From an uncultured Actinomycetota bacterium (lineage in GTDB: Bacteria; Actinomycetota; Actinomycetes; JACCUZ01), in contig CAWIXB010000001.1 in assembly GCA_963839955.1 (NCBI GenBank), positions 1,887,492 through 1,951,491 on the forward strand: a stretch of 64,000 nucleotides of DNA, given 5' to 3'. Position numbers and translations under genes: made by a program. The notes under the pieces are model-generated. The model had not been told where the DNA came from. It ran no database searches and saw only the letters and a list, made by a program, of their open reading frames with translations. Below are positions 41,751 through 49,697 of this stretch, in pieces. How positions within the stretch are numbered: the stretch's first letter is position 1; each line of letters begins with the position of its first letter.

Positions 41751-43337
41751 GTGGCCACCCGTCGAGTCCAGGGTCGTCTCGACCTCGACCCGGCGACAGT
41801 ACGCCGAGCCCGCGCGCTGGCGCGGAAGGCCGGCCGCCCCGTGGTGCGGCTGGCGCGCACCCATACGACGGTGTCCGTCGAACGGGCGGTGCTGCGACTG
41901 GCCGGTGTGTCCGGCGCCGACCCGGACGGCATCCCGTGGGTCAACCGGCTCGTGGACGCGGTGCGCGAGGAGGTGGGACTCGAGCACGGCGTCGCCCTGC
42001 CGGTGTGGGACGCCATGCTCCGTGACGGGCACGCCGACCTCACCGAGCTCGCGCAGAAGGCCTCGACCGGGGGAGTGCGCTTCCGGGTGCCGGAGGGGCG
42101 GGACGGCGAGCGAGCCCGACGGCTGGCCACGAAGCAGGTCGGAGGCGGGATCCAGGCGATCGACCGCCGTCGCGCCGAACGGGACAAGCTCGTACGACGC
42201 GTCGGCGACGCCCCCCGCCAGCCCTGGATCTATCTCATCGTCGCCACCGGCGACATCTACGAAGACATCCCGCAGGCGCAGGCGGCCGCCCGCGAGGGCG
42301 CCGACGTGATCGCGGTGATCCGCTCGACCGGGCAGTCGCTGCTCGACTACGTGCCCGAGGGAGCGACCCGCGAGGGCTATGCCGGGACCTACGCGACCCA
42401 GGAGAACTTCCGGCTGATGCGGGCCGCCCTCGACGACGTGTCCCGCGAGCTCGGCCGCTATGTGCGACTGACGAATTACGCATCCGGCCTGTGCATGCCG
42501 GAGATCGCGACGCTGGCCGGGCTCGAGCGCCTCGACATGATGCTCAACGACTCGATGTACGGCATCCTCTTCCGCGACATCAACCCGGTGCGGACCTTCG
42601 TCGACCAGCGCTTCTCGCGCCAGGTGCACGCGCGGGCGGGCATCATCATCAACACCGGCGAGGACAACTATCTCACCACCGCCGACGCGGTCGACGAGGC
42701 GCACACGGTGACGGTGAGCCAGCTGCTCAACGAGTACTTCGCCAAGGAGGCCGGGCTCGAGGACTGGCAGCTCGGGCTGGGTCACGCCTTCGAGATCAAC
42801 CCGGACGTGCCCGACTCGTTCCGCCTCGAGCTCGCCCACGCGCTGCTGGCCCGCGAGCTGTTCCCCAAGGCACCGCTGAAGTGGATGCCGCCGACCAAGC
42901 ACATGACCGGCGACGTCTTCCGCGGCTACCTGCTCGACGGTTTCTTCAACCTGGTGGGCGCGATGACCGGGCAGGGCATCCTGCTCGTCGGGATGATGAC
43001 CGAAGCCGTCGTGACCCCGTTCCTCTCCGACCGCGACCTCGCGCTGCAGAACGTGCGCTACGTGATGAACGCGGCCGGCAACCTGCACGAGGACTTCCAC
43101 CCGCGGCCCGGCGGCTTCATCCAGCAGCGCGCCCAGCAAGTGCTCACCGAGGCGGTCGAGCTGCTCGAGCGCATCGTCGACGAGCCGGGCCCGGCGCCCC
43201 TGCTCGACGCGATCGCCGACGGCACGTTCGGGCTGATGCGACGGCCGGCCGACAAGGGCAAGGGCTACGACGGCGTCGTGGCCTGCGCCCCGGCGTACGT
43301 GAATCCGGCGACGGACCTGCTGGAGGCGGACTCATGA
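41751..43337 (+). CDS. kamD: Beta-lysine (D-lysine/L-beta-lysine) 5,6-aminomutase alpha subunit (KamD)
   Basis: 528 aa, TIM-barrel alpha-subunit pattern of lysine/ornithine aminomutases. AAGGAG RBS 5 nt before the GTG at 41751. Immediately followed, with an ATGA overlap, by the B12-binding beta subunit. Confidence 0.8.
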   Translation: MATRRVQGRLDLDPATVRRARALARKAGRPVVRLARTHTTVSVERAVLRLAGVSGADPDGIPWVNRLVDAVREEVGLEHGVALPVWDAMLRDGHADLTELAQKASTGGVRFRVPEGRDGERARRLATKQVGGGIQAIDRRRAERDKLVRRVGDAPRQPWIYLIVATGDIYEDIPQAQAAAREGADVIAVIRSTGQSLLDYVPEGATREGYAGTYATQENFRLMRAALDDVSRELGRYVRLTNYASGLCMPEIATLAGLERLDMMLNDSMYGILFRDINPVRTFVDQRFSRQVHARAGIIINTGEDNYLTTADAVDEAHTVTVSQLLNEYFAKEAGLEDWQLGLGHAFEINPDVPDSFRLELAHALLARELFPKAPLKWMPPTKHMTGDVFRGYLLDGFFNLVGAMTGQGILLVGMMTEAVVTPFLSDRDLALQNVRYVMNAAGNLHEDFHPRPGGFIQQRAQQVLTEAVELLERIVDEPGPAPLLDAIADGTFGLMRRPADKGKGYDGVVACAPAYVNPATDLLEADS

Positions 43338-44173
43338 CCAGGCCTGCACAACTGCATGATCACCGCGAAGGGAAGGGGGGCGGGAAGGGGAAGCGAAAGG
43401 GACAGGGGGTGCTGCGGCCGTACGGCGACACGACGGGCGACGGCATGGTCCAGGTGTCGTTCACCCTGCCGATGCCCCACGACAAGCTCGCCGAGGGCGC
43501 CGCGCTCCAGCTGGCCACCAAGATGGGCATGGACCCGGCCATGCTCGTGCACGCGAAGGCGATGGGCCCCGACTTCACGTTCTTCGTCGTCTACGGGTCG
43601 GTGACCCACCTGGTCGACCTGGGCAAGGTGGCGATCGTCGAGCGCGAGTACCCGCTGTTGAATGCCAAGGAGGTCAACGCGGCGATCAAGCGCCGGCTGC
43701 GGCGCAAGCTGGTCGTCCTCGGCGCCTGCATCGGCACCGACGCGCACACCGTGGGCATCGACGCGATCCTCAACATCAAGGGCTTCGCGGGAGAGAAGGG
43801 GCTCGAGTACTACCGGGAAATCAAGGTGGTGAACCTCGGCGCCCAGGTCCTGGTGCCCGAGCTGGTGGCCCGGGCGCGTGCGGAGAAGGCCGACGCCGTG
43901 CTCGTCTCCCAGGTCGTGACCCAACGCGACGCGCACCTGCAGAACACCCGCGACATGTCGGCGGCGTTCCGCGAGTCCTACCCGGCGGAGCGCCGGCCGC
44001 TGCTGGTGGTCGGTGGGCCGCGCTTCGACGAGGCTGCTGCGGCGACGCTGGGCGTCGACCGCATCTTCGGTCGCGGCACAACGCCGGGAGAGGTCGCGAG
44101 CTATCTCGTGCACGCGATCGATCACGGCGACGAACCAGGTCTGCACCACGGAGCCGAGCGGACGAGCGCATGA
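43334..44173 (+). CDS. kamE: Beta-lysine 5,6-aminomutase beta subunit (KamE). Cobalamin- and PLP-binding
   Basis: B12-binding DxHxxG motif (GTDAHTVG) in a Rossmann-like domain. ATG inside track ORF 42491..44173. Confidence 0.8.
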   Translation: MTRPAQLHDHREGKGGGKGKRKGQGVLRPYGDTTGDGMVQVSFTLPMPHDKLAEGAALQLATKMGMDPAMLVHAKAMGPDFTFFVVYGSVTHLVDLGKVAIVEREYPLLNAKEVNAAIKRRLRRKLVVLGACIGTDAHTVGIDAILNIKGFAGEKGLEYYREIKVVNLGAQVLVPELVARARAEKADAVLVSQVVTQRDAHLQNTRDMSAAFRESYPAERRPLLVVGGPRFDEAAAATLGVDRIFGRGTTPGEVASYLVHAIDHGDEPGLHHGAERTSA

Positions 44174-44583
44174 GTGACCACGCTGTGTCAGCGCGCGACC
44201 CGCGATCGGGAGTGACGGTCACGCACCGTCGCTACGTGCCCTACTCGCACGCGCACTACGCCGGCGGTCTGGTCGACGGCGCCTACGTGCTCGGTCTGTT
44301 CGGCGACGTCGCCACCGAGGTCTGCATCCGCACCGACGGCGACGAGGGACTGTTCGCGGCCTACTCCGAGGTGGTGTTCCACTCACCGGTGCAGGCCGGC
44401 GACGTCGTCGAGGTCGAGGCCACGGTGACCCGCGTCGGGACGCGTAGCCGCGAGCTCGCGTTCGTTGCACGTGTCGTGGCGCGCGGGCGTCCCGACCGCT
44501 CGACGTCTGCCGCCGAGGCACTTTCCGATCCGGTGGTCGCGGTGACCGCGCGGGGCACGGTGGTCGTGCCGTCGGGGACGTGA
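44170..44583 (+). CDS. Hotdog-fold protein, possible 3-aminobutyryl-CoA ammonia-lyase (Kal)-like
   Basis: 137 aa. Start overlaps the kamE stop. Size and position after kamDE match the kal gene of lysine-fermentation clusters. No motif-level confirmation possible by eye. Confidence 0.55.
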   Translation: MSDHAVSARDPRSGVTVTHRRYVPYSHAHYAGGLVDGAYVLGLFGDVATEVCIRTDGDEGLFAAYSEVVFHSPVQAGDVVEVEATVTRVGTRSRELAFVARVVARGRPDRSTSAAEALSDPVVAVTARGTVVVPSGT

Positions 44584-45129
44584 CCCGCTCGTGCCACGGG
44601 GATCCTCCGAACGGAGGACGTCGAGAGTGCGTGTCGACGCGACACGCCGAGAACCCTTGCAAATACTCGGGAAACGTCGGGTGTCCGGACGGTGCCGCCC
44701 ACCTGCGGCTTTGCGCATACACGCAGGTCAGGCGACGGTTGACATACGTGGCTGCGACGACAAGGGTGGCATGCGTCCACCACAGGACACCCGCAGGGGA
44801 TCCCCCTCGGCGACACCACCAAGGAACCGGCTACGGGCCCAGGGACGGCGCAATGCGCAAGCGCCGTTCGGGTGCCAGGCCCGACCGCCGGAGTCGCACC
44901 GAGACGGGCAGGGGGATCACCCAACGGGGGTGGGACGCGGGAAGGGCTCGACCGCCCAGTAGACAACGCCTCCTGGAACCGGCTCCCAGCCGGACAGGGT
45001 CGGTCCGAAGGGCGGTCCGGGCCCTGACCCGTCTCTGCACCCCTCCTTGGCCAGTTCTGCTCCGCCCCGCAGGGTCACGCTCTGTTGCCGGGCACCCAGC
45101 GATCATGGCGTCCGTTGGTTTCCTAGTAC

Positions 45130-45219
45130 CTTCGGCGACAGCCGAAAGAGGCATTGCACCGTCGGCGACAGCCGAAAGAGGCATGGCACCGTCGGCGACA
45201 GCCGAGATGGGTACGTCGG
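45130..45219. repeat. Tandem direct repeat, about 2.7 copies of a 30-bp unit CGTCGGCGACAGCCGAAAGAGGCAT(T/G)GCAC, in the 690-nt leader upstream of lnt
   Basis: Seen directly. Copies at 45130-45159, 45160-45189, and a partial degenerate copy at 45190-45219. Confidence 0.6.
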
Positions 45220-45271
45220 AGTCGGCGTCGGCATCGGCGGCACTCGTGATCAGCGGGAGAGGACCCACCAC

Positions 45272-46855
45272 GTGAGCAGTGCGGCAACGGGCACCCGCCC
45301 GCACTGGACCCTCGGCCGCGCGCTCGCCCAACAGGCGGCCGCCGGCGAGGCGTCGGGGCCGCTCGCACCGCGACTGCTGGGTGCTGCGGTCGCCGGACTG
45401 CTCGCCACCGCGACGTTCCCGCCGTACGACCTCTGGCCGCTCGCCGTGCCGTCCGTTGCGCTGCTGGTCCTGGTCTGCCGCGGTCAGCGACCGCGCCGCG
45501 GTGCGCTGCTCGGCCTGGTGTTCGGGCTGGCCATGTTCCTGCCGTTGCTCGGGTGGATGCGGGTGATCGGGGTCGACGCCTGGGTCGCGCTCTCGCTGCT
45601 GGAGGCGGCGTTCTTCGCGGTGATGGCGGCGCTGCTGCCCCTCGTCCTTCGGTTGCCGGCCTGGCCCCTGTGGGTCGCCTGCCTGTGGGTGGCGCAGGAG
45701 CTGGGCCGGGCGACGGTGCCCTTCGGCGGGTTCCCCTGGGGTCGGCTGGCGTTCGGACAGACCACCTCGCCCTTCACGCCGTATGCCGCACTCGGCGGCG
45801 CACCGCTGGTCAGCTTCGCCGCCGCGCTGAGCGGCGCCCTGCTCGCGTACGTCGTGATCGCGCGCACCCGACTCGTCCTGGCCGGCGTCGCCCTCGCCGG
45901 GGCGGTGCTGGTGCCTGCGGTCGCCTTCGCGGTCCCGCTGCCGACCGATGGCACGCCGGCGACGGCCGCCGTCGTTCAGGGCAGCGTGCCGGGGGAGGGG
46001 CTGGACTTCCTCGGGGAGCGCGAGGAGGTCCTGCGCCGTCACGTTGCGGCCACCCAGCGCCTGTCGCAAGACATCACGGCCGGCCGGGTCGCGTCACCCG
46101 ACCTCGTGGTCTGGCCGGAGAACGCCTCCGACATCGACCCGTTCCGCGATCCCGCGGCCCGGGCGTTGATCGACGACGCGGTGCGGTCGGTCGGCGTCCC
46201 GGTCCTCGTCGGCGCGGTGCTCGACGGGCCGGGCGCGGACTACGTCAGCAACGCCGGCATCGTGTGGGATCCCGCGAGCGGGGCCGGCGCCCGGTACGTC
46301 AAGCGTCACCCGGTGCCCTTCGGCGAGTACATCCCGTTCCGCGACCAGCTCGCCGGGCTGTTCGAGCGGCTCGACCAGATCCCGCGCGACTTCTACGCCG
46401 GCGACAAGCCGGGGTTGCTCGACGTCGGCCCGGCCCGGGTCGGTGACGTCATCTGCTTCGAGATCGCCTACGACGGGCTGGTGCGCGACGTCGTCGACGG
46501 TGGCGCGGACGTCCTGGTCGTCCAGACGAACAACGCGACCTACAACGGCACCGCTCAGCCCGCCCAGCAGCTCGCGATGTCGCGGCTGCGGGCCACCGAG
46601 TTCGGCCGGTCCGTGCTCATCGCCTCGACCAGTGGGCTCAGCGCGGTCGTGGCGCCGGACGGCCGGGTGCTTGCGCAGACTGAGGAGCGGGAGGCTCGCA
46701 CGCTGGTGCGCGAGGTGCCGCTGCGCGAGGGGCGGACCGTGGCAGCGCGCCTCGGACCCTCGGTGGAGTGGCTGCTCGCCGGGCTCGGCCTGGCAGCAGC
46801 CGTGGCCGGCGGCCTGGCCGCACGACATACCCGTGCGGCCCGGGGCACGCGGTGA
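45272..46855 (+). CDS. lnt: Apolipoprotein N-acyltransferase Lnt
   Basis: Multi-TM N-terminal domain plus a C-terminal nitrilase-type CN-hydrolase domain with catalytic E...K...C (VICFEIAYD). GGGAGAGGA RBS before the GTG at 45272. Confidence 0.85.
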   Translation: MSSAATGTRPHWTLGRALAQQAAAGEASGPLAPRLLGAAVAGLLATATFPPYDLWPLAVPSVALLVLVCRGQRPRRGALLGLVFGLAMFLPLLGWMRVIGVDAWVALSLLEAAFFAVMAALLPLVLRLPAWPLWVACLWVAQELGRATVPFGGFPWGRLAFGQTTSPFTPYAALGGAPLVSFAAALSGALLAYVVIARTRLVLAGVALAGAVLVPAVAFAVPLPTDGTPATAAVVQGSVPGEGLDFLGEREEVLRRHVAATQRLSQDITAGRVASPDLVVWPENASDIDPFRDPAARALIDDAVRSVGVPVLVGAVLDGPGADYVSNAGIVWDPASGAGARYVKRHPVPFGEYIPFRDQLAGLFERLDQIPRDFYAGDKPGLLDVGPARVGDVICFEIAYDGLVRDVVDGGADVLVVQTNNATYNGTAQPAQQLAMSRLRATEFGRSVLIASTSGLSAVVAPDGRVLAQTEEREARTLVREVPLREGRTVAARLGPSVEWLLAGLGLAAAVAGGLAARHTRAARGTR

Positions 46856-47619
46856 GCGCGCCCAACGAGTCGCAGTCCGACGGCGTCCTGGTCGTGGTGC
46901 CCACGTTCAACGAGCGGGCTGCCCTGGCCGACGTCGTGTCGCGGCTGCGCGTCGCCGCGCCGTGCGCCGACGTGCTGGTCGTCGACGACGCGAGCCCGGA
47001 CGGCACCGGCACCATCGCTGACGGTCTCGCGGCAGCGGACCCCCGCGTGCACGTGCTGCACCGGCCCGACAAGCAGGGGCTGGGCCGGGCCTACGTGGCC
47101 GGGTTCCGTTGGGCGCTGGCCGGTGACTACCGCATCGTCGTCGAGATGGACGCCGACGGCTCGCACCAGCCCGAGGAGCTACCGCGACTGCTCGATGCCC
47201 TGGACGACGCCGACGTCGTGCTGGGCTCGCGGTACGTGCCGGGCGGCAGCGTTCGGCGGTGGCCGATGACCCGGCTGCTGCTCTCGCGCGGCGGCAACGC
47301 GTACGTCCGGGTCGCGCTCGGTCTCGACCTGCGCGACTCGACCGGCGGCTTTCGCGCGTTCCGGCGCGAGACCCTCGAGGAGGTCGACCTCGACGAGGTG
47401 GCGAGCGAGGGCTACTGCTTCCAGGTGGACATGGCGTGGCGGGCGGTGCGCGGCGGCCGACGGGTCGTCGAGGTGCCCATCACGTTCGTGGAACGCGAGA
47501 CCGGGGTCAGCAAGATGAGCAGGGCGATCGTGGTGGAGTCCCTGTGGCGCGTGACGTTGTGGGCACTGGCGCACCGCAGCGCACCGCTGCGGGCGCGTCT
47601 CGTCGGCGAGAGGAGCTGA
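46852..47619 (+). CDS. ppm1: Polyprenol-phosphate mannosyltransferase Ppm1 (GT2 family)
   Basis: GT2 motifs VVVPTFNE, LVVDDASPDGT, DADGSH. GTG start overlaps the lnt stop (GTGA). Confidence 0.85.
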   Translation: MSAPNESQSDGVLVVVPTFNERAALADVVSRLRVAAPCADVLVVDDASPDGTGTIADGLAAADPRVHVLHRPDKQGLGRAYVAGFRWALAGDYRIVVEMDADGSHQPEELPRLLDALDDADVVLGSRYVPGGSVRRWPMTRLLLSRGGNAYVRVALGLDLRDSTGGFRAFRRETLEEVDLDEVASEGYCFQVDMAWRAVRGGRRVVEVPITFVERETGVSKMSRAIVVESLWRVTLWALAHRSAPLRARLVGERS

Positions 47620-47625
47620 GCAGGC

Positions 47626-48114
47626 GTGGTCGGTCTACTGGTGCTGTTGTTCCTGGTCGTGCCGGTCGTGGAGATCTACGTGATCATCCAGGTCGGCGAG
47701 CAGATCGGTGCGCTGCCCACGGTTCTCCTGCTCGTCATCGAGGGCCTGCTTGGCGCGTGGGTGGTGAAGCGTGAGGGCCGACGGGCCTGGGAGGCGCTTC
47801 GCGGTGCGGTGGGCACCGGGCGGGTCCCCAGCGGTGAGCTGGCCGATGCGGCGTTGGTGCTCGTCGGCGGGACGCTGCTGCTCACACCGGGATTCGTCAC
47901 CGACATCGCCGGGTGGTTGCTGGTGCTCCCGATCACCCGGCCGCTCCCACGTCGCATTCTGCGCTGGTTCGCGGCCCGACGGGCGGGCGCGGTCTTCTTC
48001 GGTACGAGCGCCTACAACGCCCGGCAGCGCGGGCGGGTGGTGCCGGGGGAGGTCATCCAGGACCGGCCGGGACGCCGGCCTACCGGAGAGAGTGGCAGCG
48101 GTCCTGACACGTAG
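47626..48114 (+). CDS. fxsA: FxsA family cytoplasmic membrane protein
   Basis: N-terminal LLVLLFLVVPVVEIYVIIQVGEQIGALPTVLLLVIEGLLGAWV matches the FxsA consensus. Confidence 0.75.
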   Translation: MVGLLVLLFLVVPVVEIYVIIQVGEQIGALPTVLLLVIEGLLGAWVVKREGRRAWEALRGAVGTGRVPSGELADAALVLVGGTLLLTPGFVTDIAGWLLVLPITRPLPRRILRWFAARRAGAVFFGTSAYNARQRGRVVPGEVIQDRPGRRPTGESGSGPDT

Positions 48115-48342
48115 CGCGGCACGAGCTCCTGGGGCATGGCGCGGGAGGCGCTCCAACGGACTGGCGGCGGGACGTGAGCAAGACATCGCAGGCGGGGGCA
48201 CCTAGGGGGAGGCCCGGGCCGCGCCGCCGGGGGGTAACGACGCGACCCGGGGTCTCTCCGCCCTACTCACCGGTCGCACGGGGGTAGGCCCCGGACGTGG
48301 TTGTGAGGTTGGGCGCGCTTGTGATCAAGGGCGCTCTTGTGC

Positions 48343-48720
48343 TCAGGCGCTCTTGCGATGGCTTCTGCTGGTACCCCCCTTGACCGCCCCTCTACCCGCT
48401 CGCAGGTGCTCCAGCCGCTCGGCCAGCAACACCTCGAGCTCCTTCACACTACGCCGTTCGAGCAGCATGTCCCAGTGGGTACGGGCAGCCTTACCCTTCT
48501 TTGGTTCCGGTCGGGTGCCGTCAACCCGCAGCGACTCAGCACCGCAGGTCGGGCATTCCCAGACCTCTGGGACATCTGCCTCCAGGGAGAACGGCATGGC
48601 GAATCGGTGCCCTGAGGCACAGTCGTACGTGACACTCTGGCGCGGCGCCATCTCGACGCCCGCGTCGGTCTCGTAACTCTGGGCGCCTAGACGCGAGCCA
48701 CGCAGTGCTCGCTCAGCCAT
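48343..48720 (-). CDS. rbpA: RNA polymerase-binding protein RbpA
   Basis: SVTYDCASGH...WECPTCGAESL zinc-ribbon-like core and a C-terminal sigma-interaction helix with RTHWDMLLERR. Confidence 0.85.
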   Translation of the reverse strand: MAERALRGSRLGAQSYETDAGVEMAPRQSVTYDCASGHRFAMPFSLEADVPEVWECPTCGAESLRVDGTRPEPKKGKAARTHWDMLLERRSVKELEVLLAERLEHLRAGRGAVKGGTSRSHRKSA

Positions 48721-48871
48721 AGGGTTCCTCCTGCGGATCGTGGTCCCCGTGTCAGACGGGCAGACCCCCGCCTTGTCCTGCCTCTGTAACGTCCGGAGGC
48801 CACCTCAGGATTCCCGTTCGGAGGCCTGCTGAACCCCTCCGGGCAGGTTGGCTATGCGCTTGAGCGTGGTC

Positions 48872-49669
48872 TCACGCGGGCCAGGCGCCGCGGGCCATCA
48901 GCACGGCCCGCAGGGTCTCGATCCGGTCGGTCATCAGGCCGTCCACCCCGAGATCGAGCAGGCGGGACATTTCGTCAGCGTCGTCGACGGTCCAGACATG
49001 AACCCGCAGGCCACGCTCGTGCGCCAGGTCGAGTAGGCCAGGCGTGACGACCCGCAGGCCGGGCACCCGGTCGGGCACCTGCACGCAGGGGTGCCGCCGG
49101 GGCGCGAGCCCGTGGAGGCGCCGGTGCAGCGACGCGGCTCGCAGGGTGGCGACCCCGCGCGGGCCCAGCGCGGTGCACAGGCGCGGCCCGACGGCCCGGC
49201 GTACGGCCTCCAGGCGGCGGCCCGAGAAGGACGCCACGCAGACCCGGTCGACGGCGCCGGTGCGGCGCAGCACCTCGATGAGCGGGTCGATGGCGAGGAC
49301 ACCCTTGACGTCGACGTTGACCCGCACGTCCGGCCAGGTGCCGAGGAGCTCCTCGAGAGTGGGGATCGGCTCCCGACCCCCGATGCGGGCTCGCCGCACC
49401 TGCGCGTAGGGGAGTGCGGCGACGCGGCCGCGCTGGTCGGTGACCCGGTCGAGGGTGCTGTCGTGGAAGGCCAGCAGCACGCCGTCCGCGGTCGCGTGGA
49501 CATCGGTCTCGAGGTAGCGGTAGCCGAGGTCCACGGCGCGGGCGAACGCCTTGAGTGAGTTCTCCAGGCCGCCGGCCGCGCCACCGCGGTGCGCGAACGC
49601 CAGCGGACCGTCGTGGTCGAGGAAGGGGAACGGGGGCAGCGCCGGTGGGCGCGCGCCCCAACGCCTCAT
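48872..49669 (-). CDS. Glycerophosphodiester phosphodiesterase (GDPD)
   Basis: N-terminal AHRGGA...ENSLKAF. ETDVHATADG. FHD motifs. Start taken at the internal ATG (residue 57 of track ORF 48872..49837). Confidence 0.8.
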   Translation of the reverse strand: MRRWGARPPALPPFPFLDHDGPLAFAHRGGAAGGLENSLKAFARAVDLGYRYLETDVHATADGVLLAFHDSTLDRVTDQRGRVAALPYAQVRRARIGGREPIPTLEELLGTWPDVRVNVDVKGVLAIDPLIEVLRRTGAVDRVCVASFSGRRLEAVRRAVGPRLCTALGPRGVATLRAASLHRRLHGLAPRRHPCVQVPDRVPGLRVVTPGLLDLAHERGLRVHVWTVDDADEMSRLLDLGVDGLMTDRIETLRAVLMARGAWPA

Positions 49670-49697
49670 GTCGCAAGCGTAGGCGGTGCAGGGTGGG

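Noticed and set aside
45130-45219. Tandem 30-bp repeats as a possible CRISPR array
   Set aside because: Only about 2.7 contiguous copies with no unique spacers between them and no cas genes nearby. This is a simple tandem duplication.
44584-45271. Possibility that the long leader encodes RNase P RNA, tmRNA or another known structured RNA
   Set aside because: Could not find the conserved P4 helix strings (GGAAAGUCCGGGC / ACAGAACCCGGCUUA), a tmRNA tag-coding region, or another recognisable Rfam core by eye. Kept only as a generic ncRNA candidate in findings.
44580-45275. 231-aa + strand ORF, plus overlapping minus-strand ORFs 44219..44722, 44361..44966 and 44831..46069
   Set aside because: Translations are Arg/Pro-rich low-complexity with no domain resemblance. 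The + ORF reads through a 30-bp tandem repeat. The minus ORF overlaps the well-supported lnt gene. Treated as non-coding leader and frame artefacts.
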